DNA from: Spirochaetia bacterium
Lineage (GTDB): Bacteria; Spirochaetota; Spirochaetia; CADAEX01
Reading direction: 5' to 3'
Assembly (NCBI GenBank): GCA_024402405.1
Contig: JAKSTW010000001.1
Location: forward strand, 77,190-141,189
DNA length: 64,000 bases
This document shows positions 1 to 9,139 of this stretch, piece after piece. The notes under the pieces were generated by a model that saw nothing but the letters and a program-made list of their open reading frames with translations, searched no databases and had not been told where the DNA came from. How positions within the stretch are numbered: the first letter of the stretch is position 1; every line of letters begins with the position of its first letter. The position numbers and the translations under genes are program-made.

Positions 1-720
1 CCCGGCTATTATCAGATGCACATCAGATGCCCCTTCCACATGTTTCTTGAATCTGATGAAAGCCTCCACAAGCCGCTTCACATTTTTATGAGGACGCAAT
101 TCGCCCAGATACAGAAAATAAGGTTTATCCAGATTGAATTTTTTGAATATCTCTTTATTCTCAGCCATACTGACAGTGGCACCTTCATAAATAACTCTGG
201 TCTTCTCATCCAGCCCTTTCACTCCTGGAAATTTTTTCAGAAGATCATTTTTTGTGGACTTGGAGACTGCAATCAATTTCTCACAGCATGATGCGGCATT
301 ATGCATCAGTTTTCTGAGATATAATGACTTGGCAGCACCTTTGGAACCCATATATTCCGGATGCACAATATATTTCAGATCATGGATCGTCACCATCTGT
401 TTTCCCTTGAAGAAAAGAGGATGGTTTGAATAAAGACAGTGAAAAAGATCACATGAAAATTCTTTTCTGTACTTCCAGAAAAGAAGATCGCGCTTCAGCC
501 CTATGGCAGGAATATCTTTTCTGAGCAGTCTGGCATTGGGATGCCTTTTTATCATCTCCACAAAAGGATGATTCTCCACAACAGATGTATTTATCATGAC
601 AGTAAAATCCATATCCACAGGTGCGGCAGAAAGAAGCGGATCCAAAAGTTCATGAATATACTGACCTACTCCGGTCTTTCCATTCTCCACCGCCAGTGCA
701 TCTAAAAGCAAATGTCTCAT
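1..720 (-). CDS. Glycosyltransferase family 4 (GT1-fold), N-terminal ~240 aa; 3' end beyond window start
   Basis: Not in ORF track because it runs off the window edge. Manual minus-strand translation from ATG (complement of 718-720) gives MRHLLLDALAVENGKTGVGQYIHELL...KPYFLYLGELRPHKNVKRLVEAF, a GT4 retaining-glycosyltransferase pattern (start of the C-terminal Rossmann domain). ATG overlaps the TGA of the upstream gene (ATGA). Confidence 0.55.
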   Translation of the reverse strand, partial: MRHLLLDALAVENGKTGVGQYIHELLDPLLSAAPVDMDFTVMINTSVVENHPFVEMIKRHPNARLLRKDIPAIGLKRDLLFWKYRKEFSCDLFHCLYSNHPLFFKGKQMVTIHDLKYIVHPEYMGSKGAAKSLYLRKLMHNAASCCEKLIAVSKSTKNDLLKKFPGVKGLDEKTRVIYEGATVSMAENKEIFKKFNLDKPYFLYLGELRPHKNVKRLVEAFIRFKKHVEGASDVHLIIAG

Positions 721-1538
721 TTTATTCTCCTGAACTGTCTGAAAAAATATCTTATCCTTCTGGAATTCTTTATTCCATTGGCAAAATTCTTAAAAACCCG
801 GCTTCTCCGTTTCAGACCGCGATAAAATTCAATGACCGCATAAACAGGACCTTTCCGAAGTCCGGCTTTTCCCAGCCAGTTTTCCTGATTCAGCTCAAAC
901 CGGCCTGAGATAGTCTCCTGAAAATCTTTATTCTGCGGTATGCACACCGGTTTGATACCATAGATCCTTATATCAATTCCCATTCTGTTCCCGGTAAGCC
1001 AGTCCGCAGGCATACGGATAGGATATCCACATTCCAGAAGTTTCTCAGCTCCGCTGAGTCTTATCAGATATCCGCTGGTCCAATTAGGATGCTCAACAAA
1101 TTTCACCAGTTTATACTGATTCCAGACCGGCAGCTTATCCCAGACTGAGCACACAGCATTATTATGTGAGAAGAAAACCAGCTCCCAGTCTTTTGGAAAA
1201 GTTCCTTTTCTTGACAGGATCTCCTTGAAATCCTGATCCAGTATGACATCATCCTCGAGTATCAGCGCCTCGGGAATTTTCTCAGACACCATTTTCTCAT
1301 AAATTTTAAGATGACTCCAGGAACAGCCTATTTCTCCCCGGGTAAGTTCCCGATGGAAAAAATTTATGGCTGCCTTTGAATCATAGGCTGCATCGATTTC
1401 ACTTTGCGGAAGTTTTCTGCCGTCAACTGCATTGAAAATCTCATATTTCAGTCCAAGTTTCTCCAGCTGTTCCGCTATGAATTCTCTTCTGTCAGCAGAA
1501 GACTCCAGATTGACTACAAATATTACTGGCTGCTTCAT
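717..1538 (-). CDS. Glycosyltransferase family 25 (LPS/LOS-type galactosyltransferase-like)
   Basis: 273-aa ORF; N-terminus PVIFVVNLESSADRREF matches the GT25 (Lic2A/LgtB-like) V-I-N-L...RR signature. Overlaps neighbours by 4 nt on both sides. Confidence 0.6.
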   Translation of the reverse strand: MKQPVIFVVNLESSADRREFIAEQLEKLGLKYEIFNAVDGRKLPQSEIDAAYDSKAAINFFHRELTRGEIGCSWSHLKIYEKMVSEKIPEALILEDDVILDQDFKEILSRKGTFPKDWELVFFSHNNAVCSVWDKLPVWNQYKLVKFVEHPNWTSGYLIRLSGAEKLLECGYPIRMPADWLTGNRMGIDIRIYGIKPVCIPQNKDFQETISGRFELNQENWLGKAGLRKGPVYAVIEFYRGLKRRSRVFKNFANGIKNSRRIRYFFRQFRRIK

Positions 1539-2203
1539 ATCATTTCCTTAAGATCGACAGGAGCAGGATCATGATCTTCCAGCAGAAATTCTCTCTTTTC
1601 TCTGCTCCACTGTTTATATCCATGAGTCAAGGCATTTTTTCCATAAAAAGTCTTCAGGACGCTGTCATCTGCCGGAACTGGAAAATCTCTGTCATAAAAT
1701 TTTTCTTTTCTCAGCGGATAAACAGAACTTTTAGGATAAATACGCCGTATATTCTTTGTGACAAACACAATATCATCACCTTCCACATCGCCCCAGATCA
1801 TATCCACATGGAGAGAATTCTTATGGCTGAACTTCAGTTTCAAGCACTCAGGCTTCTCTTCCAGAACATAAGATCTTCCCTGGAGCTTCTTCTCCAGAGC
1901 AGCCAGAACCAGATTTCTGTCCCTGCGCATGACACCGATATCGCCATCAGTTTCCCAGGGAATCAGTCCATGGTGGCGGACTATTCCCAGCTGCGTCCCT
2001 ATGATGGCAAACCATTCTATGCCAGCCTCAGATAACACCTCTGAAAGAAAAACCAGCAGCTCATACAGATGGGTGACACAGCAGGCCGGAGAATTTTTTC
2101 CTCGCCGTTCCCAGTAAAAATTGACGCTGAATGGATTCTCATCACATCTGGCAGTATCTGCTGTACAGACTTTATCCCGCCTGAAAAAAAATATATATCG
2201 CAA
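1535..2203 (-). CDS. licD: LicD-family phospho-alcohol (phosphocholine/ribitol-phosphate) transferase; start codon uncertain
   Basis: Frame contains LYELLVFLSEVLSEAGIEWFAIIGTQLGIVRHHGLIPWETDGDIGV, a match to the LicD core (GTLLGAVRH...DDDID). The track ORF extends to a GTG at 2413 that would overlap the upstream Wzx gene by 150 nt, and no ATG is in frame. A TTG at 2203 is a possible start. A second frame with a TTG at 2238 meets this frame at an A8 tract (2184-2191). Confidence 0.5.
   Translation of the reverse strand: MRYIFFFRRDKVCTADTARCDENPFSVNFYWERRGKNSPACCVTHLYELLVFLSEVLSEAGIEWFAIIGTQLGIVRHHGLIPWETDGDIGVMRRDRNLVLAALEKKLQGRSYVLEEKPECLKLKFSHKNSLHVDMIWGDVEGDDIVFVTKNIRRIYPKSSVYPLRKEKFYDRDFPVPADDSVLKTFYGKNALTHGYKQWSREKREFLLEDHDPAPVDLKEMI
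2184..2191. repeat. A8/T8 homopolymer at the junction of two overlapping minus-strand reading frames in the 5' part of licD (1535..)
   Basis: Seen directly (ctgAAAAAAAAtat). On the minus strand, T8 encodes FF-S in the 2017..2238 frame and FFF in the LicD frame. One extra T would join the frame with a TTG at 2238 to the LicD frame. Confidence 0.8.
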
Positions 2204-2262
2204 TAATAATCTGAAAAGCAGAGTAAAGCCCTTCTCAACTCTGCGGATAAATTTTCTCAAAA

Positions 2263-3705
2263 TCACTGTCTCCTGATAATTCTCAATAAATATCCTAAAC
2301 TTTCCAGCCGGAAAAGAAAAGCCAGACCGAAATAAACCAACATTCCCACAGCAGTCTGAAGCACCATGGTCAGGACAGATCCCAGCCCGAAAAATCTCAT
2401 ACCCACTATGCACAATCCCATGACAGCAGATAAAACCACAGATGGAAATACATCCATAAGCTGCTGATGAATACTGTAATTTATATACCGGCTGTTAGGC
2501 AATGTGCTTATGATCACAGAAATCAATGTAGCCAGTGCATCTAGAATCACTATGGCTTTCAGACTTCGGAACCAGAAAGCAGCCACACAGAATCCTGCCA
2601 CGCAGATGATCTTCTTTATTGTCTCAAATTTAAGCAGTGTACCGCCATAACCCATAGCCTTCAGAACCTGCATATTGGCTGTCTGAATAGGCCAGAAAGC
2701 AAACTTGACACATGCCCACTGAAGGAAAAACACACATGGAAGCCATTTTTCCGTAAGCAGCAGAAGTACCAGCGGTCTGGCAACTATAGCCAGCCCCACC
2801 ATAGCAGGAACCACAAAAAAACAGCTGGTGACAATAGAACGCCGCACCATCTCCTTCAGCCGTTCACGGTTGTCCTGATATGCTGCAAAAGCAGGGAACA
2901 TGACTGACTGGATGGAACCATCCAGATTGGAGACTATAAACTGCGGAAACGTCATACCTTTGCTGTAGATTCCCAAGTCAGCTGAAGAGAATGTCTTTCC
3001 GATCACCAGACTGCAAAGATCGTTATATGCAAAATTAAGAACTGAGGCAAAGAAAGTGTTCACACCAAAGGAAAACAGTTTTTTTATCCTGGTAAAAGAG
3101 AACATCAGCTTCGGCCGCCACTTTATAAGCCAGAACATAATGGCACATGAAACGATATAGCTGACGATCTTCTGCCATACCAGCGCCCACACACCGAATC
3201 CATGATAGGCCATCCAGATACCGATCAAAGCAGAAATCAGCACTGAACTTATGACGATCTTGAAAGATTTTTTGAACTGCATATTTTTTGACAGTATGGC
3301 ATCCTGAATGGAATTCACAGTTCCGATAAAGATTATCACAGAGAGCACCCGCAGTACGGACTGAATCTCCGGTATTCCATAAAATCTGGAAATCCCCGGT
3401 GCCAGGAACCACAGCACAGCATAACATAATCCTGCAATTCCAAGTCCGAAATAGAATACAGATGAAAAATCAAGCTCATCTGCATCCTGCTTCTGGATCA
3501 GCGCCACAGAAAATCCGTTTTCTATGAATGTGATCACAATATCAATAAAAACCCTGGCCAGAACAACGATACCGAAATCTCTGGGCAGAAGGAGTCTAGC
3601 AAGAATTATGGAAATGACAAAAGTGATTCCTTTCTTTCCGATCCTCTCAAAGAGCTTCCAGATAAGAGATGATATAATTTTTGCTTTATTTATATTATCA
3701 CTCAT
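2263..3705 (-). CDS. wzx: Wzx-type polysaccharide flippase (MOP/PST family polysaccharide biosynthesis protein)
   Basis: 480 aa, ~12-14 predicted TM helices, typical PST-family N-terminus (KGITFVISIILARLLLPRDFG) and length. Confidence 0.65.
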   Translation of the reverse strand: MSDNINKAKIISSLIWKLFERIGKKGITFVISIILARLLLPRDFGIVVLARVFIDIVITFIENGFSVALIQKQDADELDFSSVFYFGLGIAGLCYAVLWFLAPGISRFYGIPEIQSVLRVLSVIIFIGTVNSIQDAILSKNMQFKKSFKIVISSVLISALIGIWMAYHGFGVWALVWQKIVSYIVSCAIMFWLIKWRPKLMFSFTRIKKLFSFGVNTFFASVLNFAYNDLCSLVIGKTFSSADLGIYSKGMTFPQFIVSNLDGSIQSVMFPAFAAYQDNRERLKEMVRRSIVTSCFFVVPAMVGLAIVARPLVLLLLTEKWLPCVFFLQWACVKFAFWPIQTANMQVLKAMGYGGTLLKFETIKKIICVAGFCVAAFWFRSLKAIVILDALATLISVIISTLPNSRYINYSIHQQLMDVFPSVVLSAVMGLCIVGMRFFGLGSVLTMVLQTAVGMLVYFGLAFLFRLESLGYLLRIIRRQ

Positions 3706-3710
3706 CGGTT

Positions 3711-4418
3711 TCAGGAGACAGGCTCAAACCGCCCATCCTTTTTATTTACCTCTGCTATATTGCCAGCCATGGTATCGTCCCAATAAACACATGGGACAGT
3801 CCAGCTTTTTCCATACAAAGACTCGAGAAATTTCTCAGGTTCTGCCGGAGCAGGAATATTCATCCCTTTGAAATCAATACACTTCAAACCTGTATTCTTC
3901 CAGCTGAGCCTGATGGCATTCAATCTATTAGACTCATCTTTCAGATATGACCAGCACCAGATCTCATTCTCATTCCTGCTGAATACAAAAAGATCAAAAT
4001 GAATCTGCCCGTTAGAATATTTCTCCACAAAACCCTCATTGGGTATGCGGCTGTCTGCCATATAATATCTGTATTTTTTCTCAAAACCAATTTCCCGGAA
4101 CTTCCATGCCAGCTGTGAATAATATTGATCAGAGAAAACACCAAATTCCAAATCAAAATCATGCTTTATAAAATCATGTTCACGGACAGCCCCCAGCAAG
4201 GTTCCGAAACAGATGAAATAATCGATTCCCAGCTCATCGAATTTTTTTATGATAGCAGGAAAAAATTTATCGACCTGACTATGAAAAACCTGGGCTTTCT
4301 CAAGCTGCTTTTTTACAGCTTTTTTCTTTTTTGCAGCCATAAACAGCTTTTCTGTCACCGGATTGCTTTTCAGCAGTTTTTTCATTCCACAGTAAATCTT
4401 ATTCTCATAAATACTCAT
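3711..4418 (-). CDS. LicD-family protein (divergent; DFDLEF in place of DDDID)
   Basis: 235 aa; YFICFGTLLGAVREHDFIKHDFDLEF resembles the LicD nucleotidyltransferase-fold motif. Confidence 0.5.
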   Translation of the reverse strand: MSIYENKIYCGMKKLLKSNPVTEKLFMAAKKKKAVKKQLEKAQVFHSQVDKFFPAIIKKFDELGIDYFICFGTLLGAVREHDFIKHDFDLEFGVFSDQYYSQLAWKFREIGFEKKYRYYMADSRIPNEGFVEKYSNGQIHFDLFVFSRNENEIWCWSYLKDESNRLNAIRLSWKNTGLKCIDFKGMNIPAPAEPEKFLESLYGKSWTVPCVYWDDTMAGNIAEVNKKDGRFEPVS

Positions 4419-4735
4419 ACAATAATCCTGTCAAAAAAACAGTTTAAACAGTTCCCTGAATTCACGGCGCATTATACCCACAATGCGCTGCCACTGATAT
4501 CCCACATCACCCAGCTTCCTGCTGATACGCATCTTTGCAGTCTTTGAGAATCCGCTGCCGTCAGTATAAACAATGCGTCTTCCGGAACTATTATATTTTG
4601 TTCCCCATGCCGCATCTGTCCTGAAAAGAAGCTCATTACCGTCAGCAGCAGACTTTTCAGAAATAATTCTGTATCCGCAGGTATTGGTGTTGTAAAAGCA
4701 ACATTTTTAACTCAGCAGTTTTCTGAAATACTCAA

Positions 4736-5734
4736 TTACCCCCCCCCTTCACCAACAATCACTTCTTCAGACCATACACTGTCATTCTTGACCATGAGTT
4801 TCTGTTTTCCCTCCAGGGTCTCAGTATAATAGAATCTGTCACTTATATATGCCCAGATATCGTAAGTGCTGTAAATAAAATTATCAACACCCCGGTAATG
4901 ATAGATATCCTCAACCACCAGTTCACGCCTGAATGACAAATCCAGAAGCGGCACACCATCTGTATCAACTTTTTTACCATGCCATTGTGCCACAGTCGGG
5001 AAAATATCCAGCAGAGAGCAGATATTCTGAACTTTATCTACCTGCTTATCGCCCCTGTTATGAATAAACAGCGTTATATTTGTCCGAATAGGACTGACAT
5101 AGGCAAATCTATCACCATTCCTCACATGATCGCCTTTCAGCATACATCCATGATCGGAGAAGATCACAATTTTATCAAAAAAATCATTTCCGACAGCATC
5201 CAGCAGCATATCCATGCATCTGAAAAGATGTTCCTGACCTACAGCATCAGCCTCATCATGGCTTACCACAGAGCCGCAGGAATAAATATCAACAGCATCA
5301 TGATAATCATCAAAACCAGCATAGACACACAGGTCATCATTTCTGTCATTTCCAGCCTTGTCTATGAGAGTCTTATAATCAAAGACGATCTCCGCATAAC
5401 GGTCAAAACCAAATGGAACAATTCCTTCTTTCGGACTGAAAGAATATGGCGAGGCATAATAATAATTTTTATATCCCTCAGATGCCAGGAATTTAAAAAT
5501 ATTATTTTTTTCTGCATCCATAAAATAATATGGCCACTGACCGCACTTTGTGCATCCATTCTCCGCAGGATAGAGACCAGTATAAAAACATGCCATTGCC
5601 CGCGGTGTCTCAGGAGCCGGAGTATAAGCTGATGTATACCAGGTACCTCCCAGACGGCTGAATATCTTATAGACTGCTCCATTCTCAACTTTATCAGGCC
5701 GGAGCATATCACAGAAGAAAAAAAGAATTTTCAT
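4736..5734 (-). CDS. Alkaline-phosphatase-superfamily enzyme, type-I phosphodiesterase/NPP-like (soluble; no signal peptide or TM)
   Basis: 332 aa; ILFFFCDMLRPD resembles the NPP metal-site motif (SFDGFRADY); TGLYPAENG resembles NPP TGLYPESHG; SDHG metal-binding motif present (IVIFSDHGCML). C-terminus ...GEGGG is encoded by a G9 tract that directly abuts the stop codon. Confidence 0.5.
   Translation of the reverse strand: MKILFFFCDMLRPDKVENGAVYKIFSRLGGTWYTSAYTPAPETPRAMACFYTGLYPAENGCTKCGQWPYYFMDAEKNNIFKFLASEGYKNYYYASPYSFSPKEGIVPFGFDRYAEIVFDYKTLIDKAGNDRNDDLCVYAGFDDYHDAVDIYSCGSVVSHDEADAVGQEHLFRCMDMLLDAVGNDFFDKIVIFSDHGCMLKGDHVRNGDRFAYVSPIRTNITLFIHNRGDKQVDKVQNICSLLDIFPTVAQWHGKKVDTDGVPLLDLSFRRELVVEDIYHYRGVDNFIYSTYDIWAYISDRFYYTETLEGKQKLMVKNDSVWSEEVIVGEGGG
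4739..4747. repeat. C9 (G9 on coding strand) homopolymer encoding the terminal Gly residues of CDS 4736..5734, directly abutting its stop codon
   Basis: Seen directly: ...attaCCCCCCCCCttcacc; coding strand reads GGT GAA GGG GGG GGG TAA. Confidence 0.85.
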
Positions 5735-6948
5735 TTACCGCTCCCGGATTTTTTCTTTTTCCAGATAACATTGTTATACATAAACCAATTATATGGCAAT
5801 ACCAGAAATATAACAGAACCTATCATGGAGAGCTGTCTTACCAGCACATTGTCTGCAAATATACGGGTAAAAACGCCTACCACACCAAATTCTATGATGA
5901 TGGCACCCATGGAAGTAAGATTGAATCTCAGAAACCGCAGGAATATATTATCTTTTCTCTGAAAATTCTTCTTCGAGAAAGTCCAGCAGTTGTTCAGAAT
6001 GAAATTACTGCAGATACTGAGCTCTGTAGCCAGACCGGCAGCCCAGGCAGATGCACTGCAGAGAAGCCGACAGTTTTCAATCCGTCCGCGGAACCAGGAA
6101 GCAATGCTCTCACCTGATCCAGCCCGGAAAACCTCAAGGAAAATGGCATTGACCAGAAAACCGATAAACCCGACTATGGCAAATTTCATAAACCTGACAG
6201 TTCCAGGATCTTTCAGACGAAGAAGACACACTGTCTTAAGGATCTCAAAAGGAGTCTGTCCTGTGATTTTTGACACTCCTTCCTCGCGAAGTTTGAAATC
6301 CAGCGGAATCTCTTTGACCTTTGCACCGGCCTTGATTTTCTTAAAGAGCCATTCCAGCTTATAACCGAATCCCCTTGAATATACATGCTCATAATCAACT
6401 TTATTCAGCAGAGTTGTCCTTGTGGCCTTAAGCCCGGTAGTCGGATCCGTGACCTTAAAAAAATCTTTTGTAGGGAAGAACAGGATGACCCGGGCTGTAA
6501 AACCACCGGCTACAGTGAAAAACATCCGTTTGAATCCCCAGGAAGCAGGAAACCCGCCGCCCTTGACCCGTCTGGAACCAAGAATATAGTCATAGCCATT
6601 ATCCAGTTCTTTCAGCAGTAAAGGAATCGTCTCAGGGGGATGCTGGAAATCACCGTCAAATTCAATAACAGCATCTGCACCAAGTTTATCCACAGCATAT
6701 TTAAATCCTTTGATATAGGCTGCGCCGATCCCTTCTTTCTTCTGCTCCACCAGCAGTTCAAGATCGGGATAAGATTTCTGTTTTTCCCTGACCACATCAG
6801 ATGTACCATCAGGTGAATTTCCATCCACCACCAGCACCTTCACATTCCAGCCATCCACCGGTAATATCTTCTGGAAAAGATGATCTGCCATCCTGGCAAT
6901 GGAATCTTTCTCATTATATGTAGGAATAACTATTACTGCTTTTTCCAT
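5731..6948 (-). CDS. Polyprenyl-phosphate glycosyltransferase (GT2, DPM1/ArnC-like) fused to a C-terminal GtrA-like membrane domain
   Basis: 405 aa; N-terminus VIVIPTYNEKDSI...VVDGNSPDGT is GT2 family (DXD); the C-terminal ~120 aa has 4 TM helices typical of GtrA. Confidence 0.6.
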   Translation of the reverse strand: MEKAVIVIPTYNEKDSIARMADHLFQKILPVDGWNVKVLVVDGNSPDGTSDVVREKQKSYPDLELLVEQKKEGIGAAYIKGFKYAVDKLGADAVIEFDGDFQHPPETIPLLLKELDNGYDYILGSRRVKGGGFPASWGFKRMFFTVAGGFTARVILFFPTKDFFKVTDPTTGLKATRTTLLNKVDYEHVYSRGFGYKLEWLFKKIKAGAKVKEIPLDFKLREEGVSKITGQTPFEILKTVCLLRLKDPGTVRFMKFAIVGFIGFLVNAIFLEVFRAGSGESIASWFRGRIENCRLLCSASAWAAGLATELSICSNFILNNCWTFSKKNFQRKDNIFLRFLRFNLTSMGAIIIEFGVVGVFTRIFADNVLVRQLSMIGSVIFLVLPYNWFMYNNVIWKKKKSGSGK

Positions 6949-7907
6949 GTGTACTTCTTATACCAGTCAATAAACTCTTTTATTCCATCCTTCAGATCAA
7001 CAGAAGGGGAATATCCGAAATCAGCTGACAGCCTGGAAACATCTGCAAATGTCTCATGCACATCACCGGCCTGCATCGGCAACATATTCAGGACAGCTTT
7101 TTTTCCCAGTCCCGCCTCGATATATCCTATGAAATCCATAAGTGACTCCGGCTTTCCGCGGCCTATGTTATAAATCCGGTAATTATCCTTTTCCTGGAAA
7201 TCAGAGAATAAAATTCTGACTATACCGGCAACAACATCATCCACATAAGTGAAATCCCGTTTCATATCACCGTAGTTATACACATCAATGGGTTTTCCAG
7301 CTGAAATTTTATCCGCAAATTTAAAGTAAGCCATATCAGGTCTGCCAAAAGGACCATATACAGTGAAAAAGCGGAGTCCCACTGTTTTCAGACTGTACAT
7401 ATCAGAATATACGTGTGCCATGAGTTCATTAGCTTTTTTGGTGGCAGCATAGAGACTAACAGGGCTTTCTGTCTTCTGATCCTCAGAAAATGGCTGCACA
7501 TCATTGCCACCATAGACACTGGAACTGCTGGCATAAACCAGCGGACATTTATGATGATGGGCAATTCCCTCCAGAAGATTCAGGAAACCATAAACATTGC
7601 TGTCAATGTATGTATATGGATTCTTAATGGAATATCGAACTCCGGCCTGTGCCGCCAGATTGCATACGACATCGAATCTCTCATTCTCAAGAAGTTCAGC
7701 CAGAGCATCTTTTTCTCCCAGATCCATCCTGAAAAAACGGAAATCAGGATTCTGGCTCCGCAGTTCTGACAGTCTGAGATTTTTCAGCTCCACATCGTAG
7801 TAGGAATTCATGTTATCCAATCCCACCACTTCGCAATTCATATCAAAAAGTCTTCTGCAAAGATGGAATCCGATAAATCCAGCAGCACCTGTAACAAGTA
7901 TTTTCAT
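6933..7907 (-). CDS. NAD-dependent UDP-glucuronate 4-epimerase (extended SDR)
   Basis: MKILVTGAAGFIGFHL Rossmann motif; YAATK catalytic motif (SLYAATKKANELMAHVY); 324 aa; strongly resembles Cap1J/WbnF-type UDP-GlcA epimerases; sits near ugd. Confidence 0.65.
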   Translation of the reverse strand: MKILVTGAAGFIGFHLCRRLFDMNCEVVGLDNMNSYYDVELKNLRLSELRSQNPDFRFFRMDLGEKDALAELLENERFDVVCNLAAQAGVRYSIKNPYTYIDSNVYGFLNLLEGIAHHHKCPLVYASSSSVYGGNDVQPFSEDQKTESPVSLYAATKKANELMAHVYSDMYSLKTVGLRFFTVYGPFGRPDMAYFKFADKISAGKPIDVYNYGDMKRDFTYVDDVVAGIVRILFSDFQEKDNYRIYNIGRGKPESLMDFIGYIEAGLGKKAVLNMLPMQAGDVHETFADVSRLSADFGYSPSVDLKDGIKEFIDWYKKYTWKKQ

Positions 7908-9139
7908 ATTGATTCCCTCAAAATCTCTACCAGCTGGCGGGCAGCAACCTCACCTGCATGGCTGAAATTATAAACTTCCTCAGCTTTGATCTTCCGTATT
8001 TTATCACGGCAAACATCAACTCTATCATATTCTTCCCTTATAATTCTGTCCAAAACCGGAATCTCATCGGATGTGACGATCCTGGTTATCTCTCTGCTTT
8101 TCTCCAGATCCCAGACTCTGCCACCATCAACATCCAGCACATCATAACCACCCAGTTCATATTCAGCATTGACCAGGAAAATAGGACGCTCAAAAAGAAA
8201 TGCATAATCAAAAATCACACCGGATATATCGGTCACCATAACATGACTTCTGGCCATACTTGCCGCGGCAGTCCTGTTTCTGTCCAGCTCTATAAGGCTG
8301 TTATCTTTTATCTTGGCCTCCACTGCGGCAATCGTCTCTTTGTCCGAGACATACATCTGGGGATGGGGACGGAAAATGACGCGGATCCCGGCAGAGGAGA
8401 GCACATCTATAATTTTTGTACCATATCTGACGACAGAACTTCGTTCTCCCCAGGCTGGGGCATACAGCACTGTAAGCTCATTTTCCTGGGTCTGTGGAAG
8501 CTTTTTCAGTTCCTCCAGCATATAATCAAAATAAGTGCATCCAGTGTCAAGAAGCCTCTTAGCCCTCTCATGCCTGTTCTTTTCTATACTTCGGATACTC
8601 TCCTTCTGATACGGACCTGTGCACAGCAGAGTGTCGTAATAATCAAAGGCATACATCTCATACATGCCGATATCAGCTACAGCATGAAACAGATGGACAT
8701 ATTCTTTCACATGCTTTGACCGTTTAAGCATATACACATCCAGCTGAGGTGTCGTGGAAACAACAACTTTGGCTTTCAGGCTGTTCATATATGAGATCGT
8801 CATAAGTTCCTTGCCGGGACAGACAGGAACCACATTTTTCAAATCAGAACTGAAGACCGGATCATTTTTATCAGATGTCACAAAGCCATATCTGATGCCA
8901 TATTTATCCAAGGCCCTGAGCACAGGATAAAAAACCTGCCAGTACCGGCTTCCCTCTGACTGGAACACCAGATCAGGAAGCTGCTTCACTGTCCCTTTTT
9001 TCCCCATGAAAACTCTGCTCCGCAGTGAATACCAGAAACCGCGCAAAGCAAATAGCACTGTAGTGGTGATGCCCACAACAGCATAGAGCAGAAGAGAACC
9101 GGTACCAGGATCAAGATAGAGAAGTGAGAAATGCATCAT
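7904..9139 (-). CDS. TagF/TagB-family CDP-alcohol:polyol-phosphate transferase (CDP-glycerol glycerophosphotransferase-like), copy 1
   Basis: 411 aa; N-terminal TM anchor then a GT-B-like domain with FRPHPQ and DYAFL motifs typical of the Glyphos_transf (TagF) family; ATGA overlap with the upstream YidC-AP fusion gene. Confidence 0.65.
   Translation of the reverse strand: MMHFSLLYLDPGTGSLLLYAVVGITTTVLFALRGFWYSLRSRVFMGKKGTVKQLPDLVFQSEGSRYWQVFYPVLRALDKYGIRYGFVTSDKNDPVFSSDLKNVVPVCPGKELMTISYMNSLKAKVVVSTTPQLDVYMLKRSKHVKEYVHLFHAVADIGMYEMYAFDYYDTLLCTGPYQKESIRSIEKNRHERAKRLLDTGCTYFDYMLEELKKLPQTQENELTVLYAPAWGERSSVVRYGTKIIDVLSSAGIRVIFRPHPQMYVSDKETIAAVEAKIKDNSLIELDRNRTAAASMARSHVMVTDISGVIFDYAFLFERPIFLVNAEYELGGYDVLDVDGGRVWDLEKSREITRIVTSDEIPVLDRIIREEYDRVDVCRDKIRKIKAEEVYNFSHAGEVAARQLVEILRESI

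Noticed and set aside
16-291. Plus-strand 91-aa ORF at the window start
   Set aside because: Lies antisense inside the minus-strand GT4 gene (1..720), which has a coherent glycosyltransferase translation; the plus ORF has no recognisable features.
2017-2238. 73-aa minus-strand ORF starting with TTG just after the Wzx stop
   Set aside because: Not called as an independent gene; its only interest is that it joins the LicD frame at the A8 tract (see finding).
4125-4547. Plus-strand 140-aa ORF bridging the 3711..4418 gene and the 317-bp gap
   Set aside because: The first half is antisense to the LicD-like gene and the translation is low complexity. The minus-strand open frame in the gap is the better candidate.
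7958-8719. Long plus-strand ORFs antisense to minus-strand genes (also 23780..24478, 27239..28216, 49684..50496, 11167..11700, 12996..13592, 4979..5632, 1571..2035, 59525..59962, 60203..60739)
   Set aside because: Each is embedded in a minus-strand gene with strong family signatures. They are typical shadow ORFs of a moderately AT-rich genome, with no start context or recognisable motifs.
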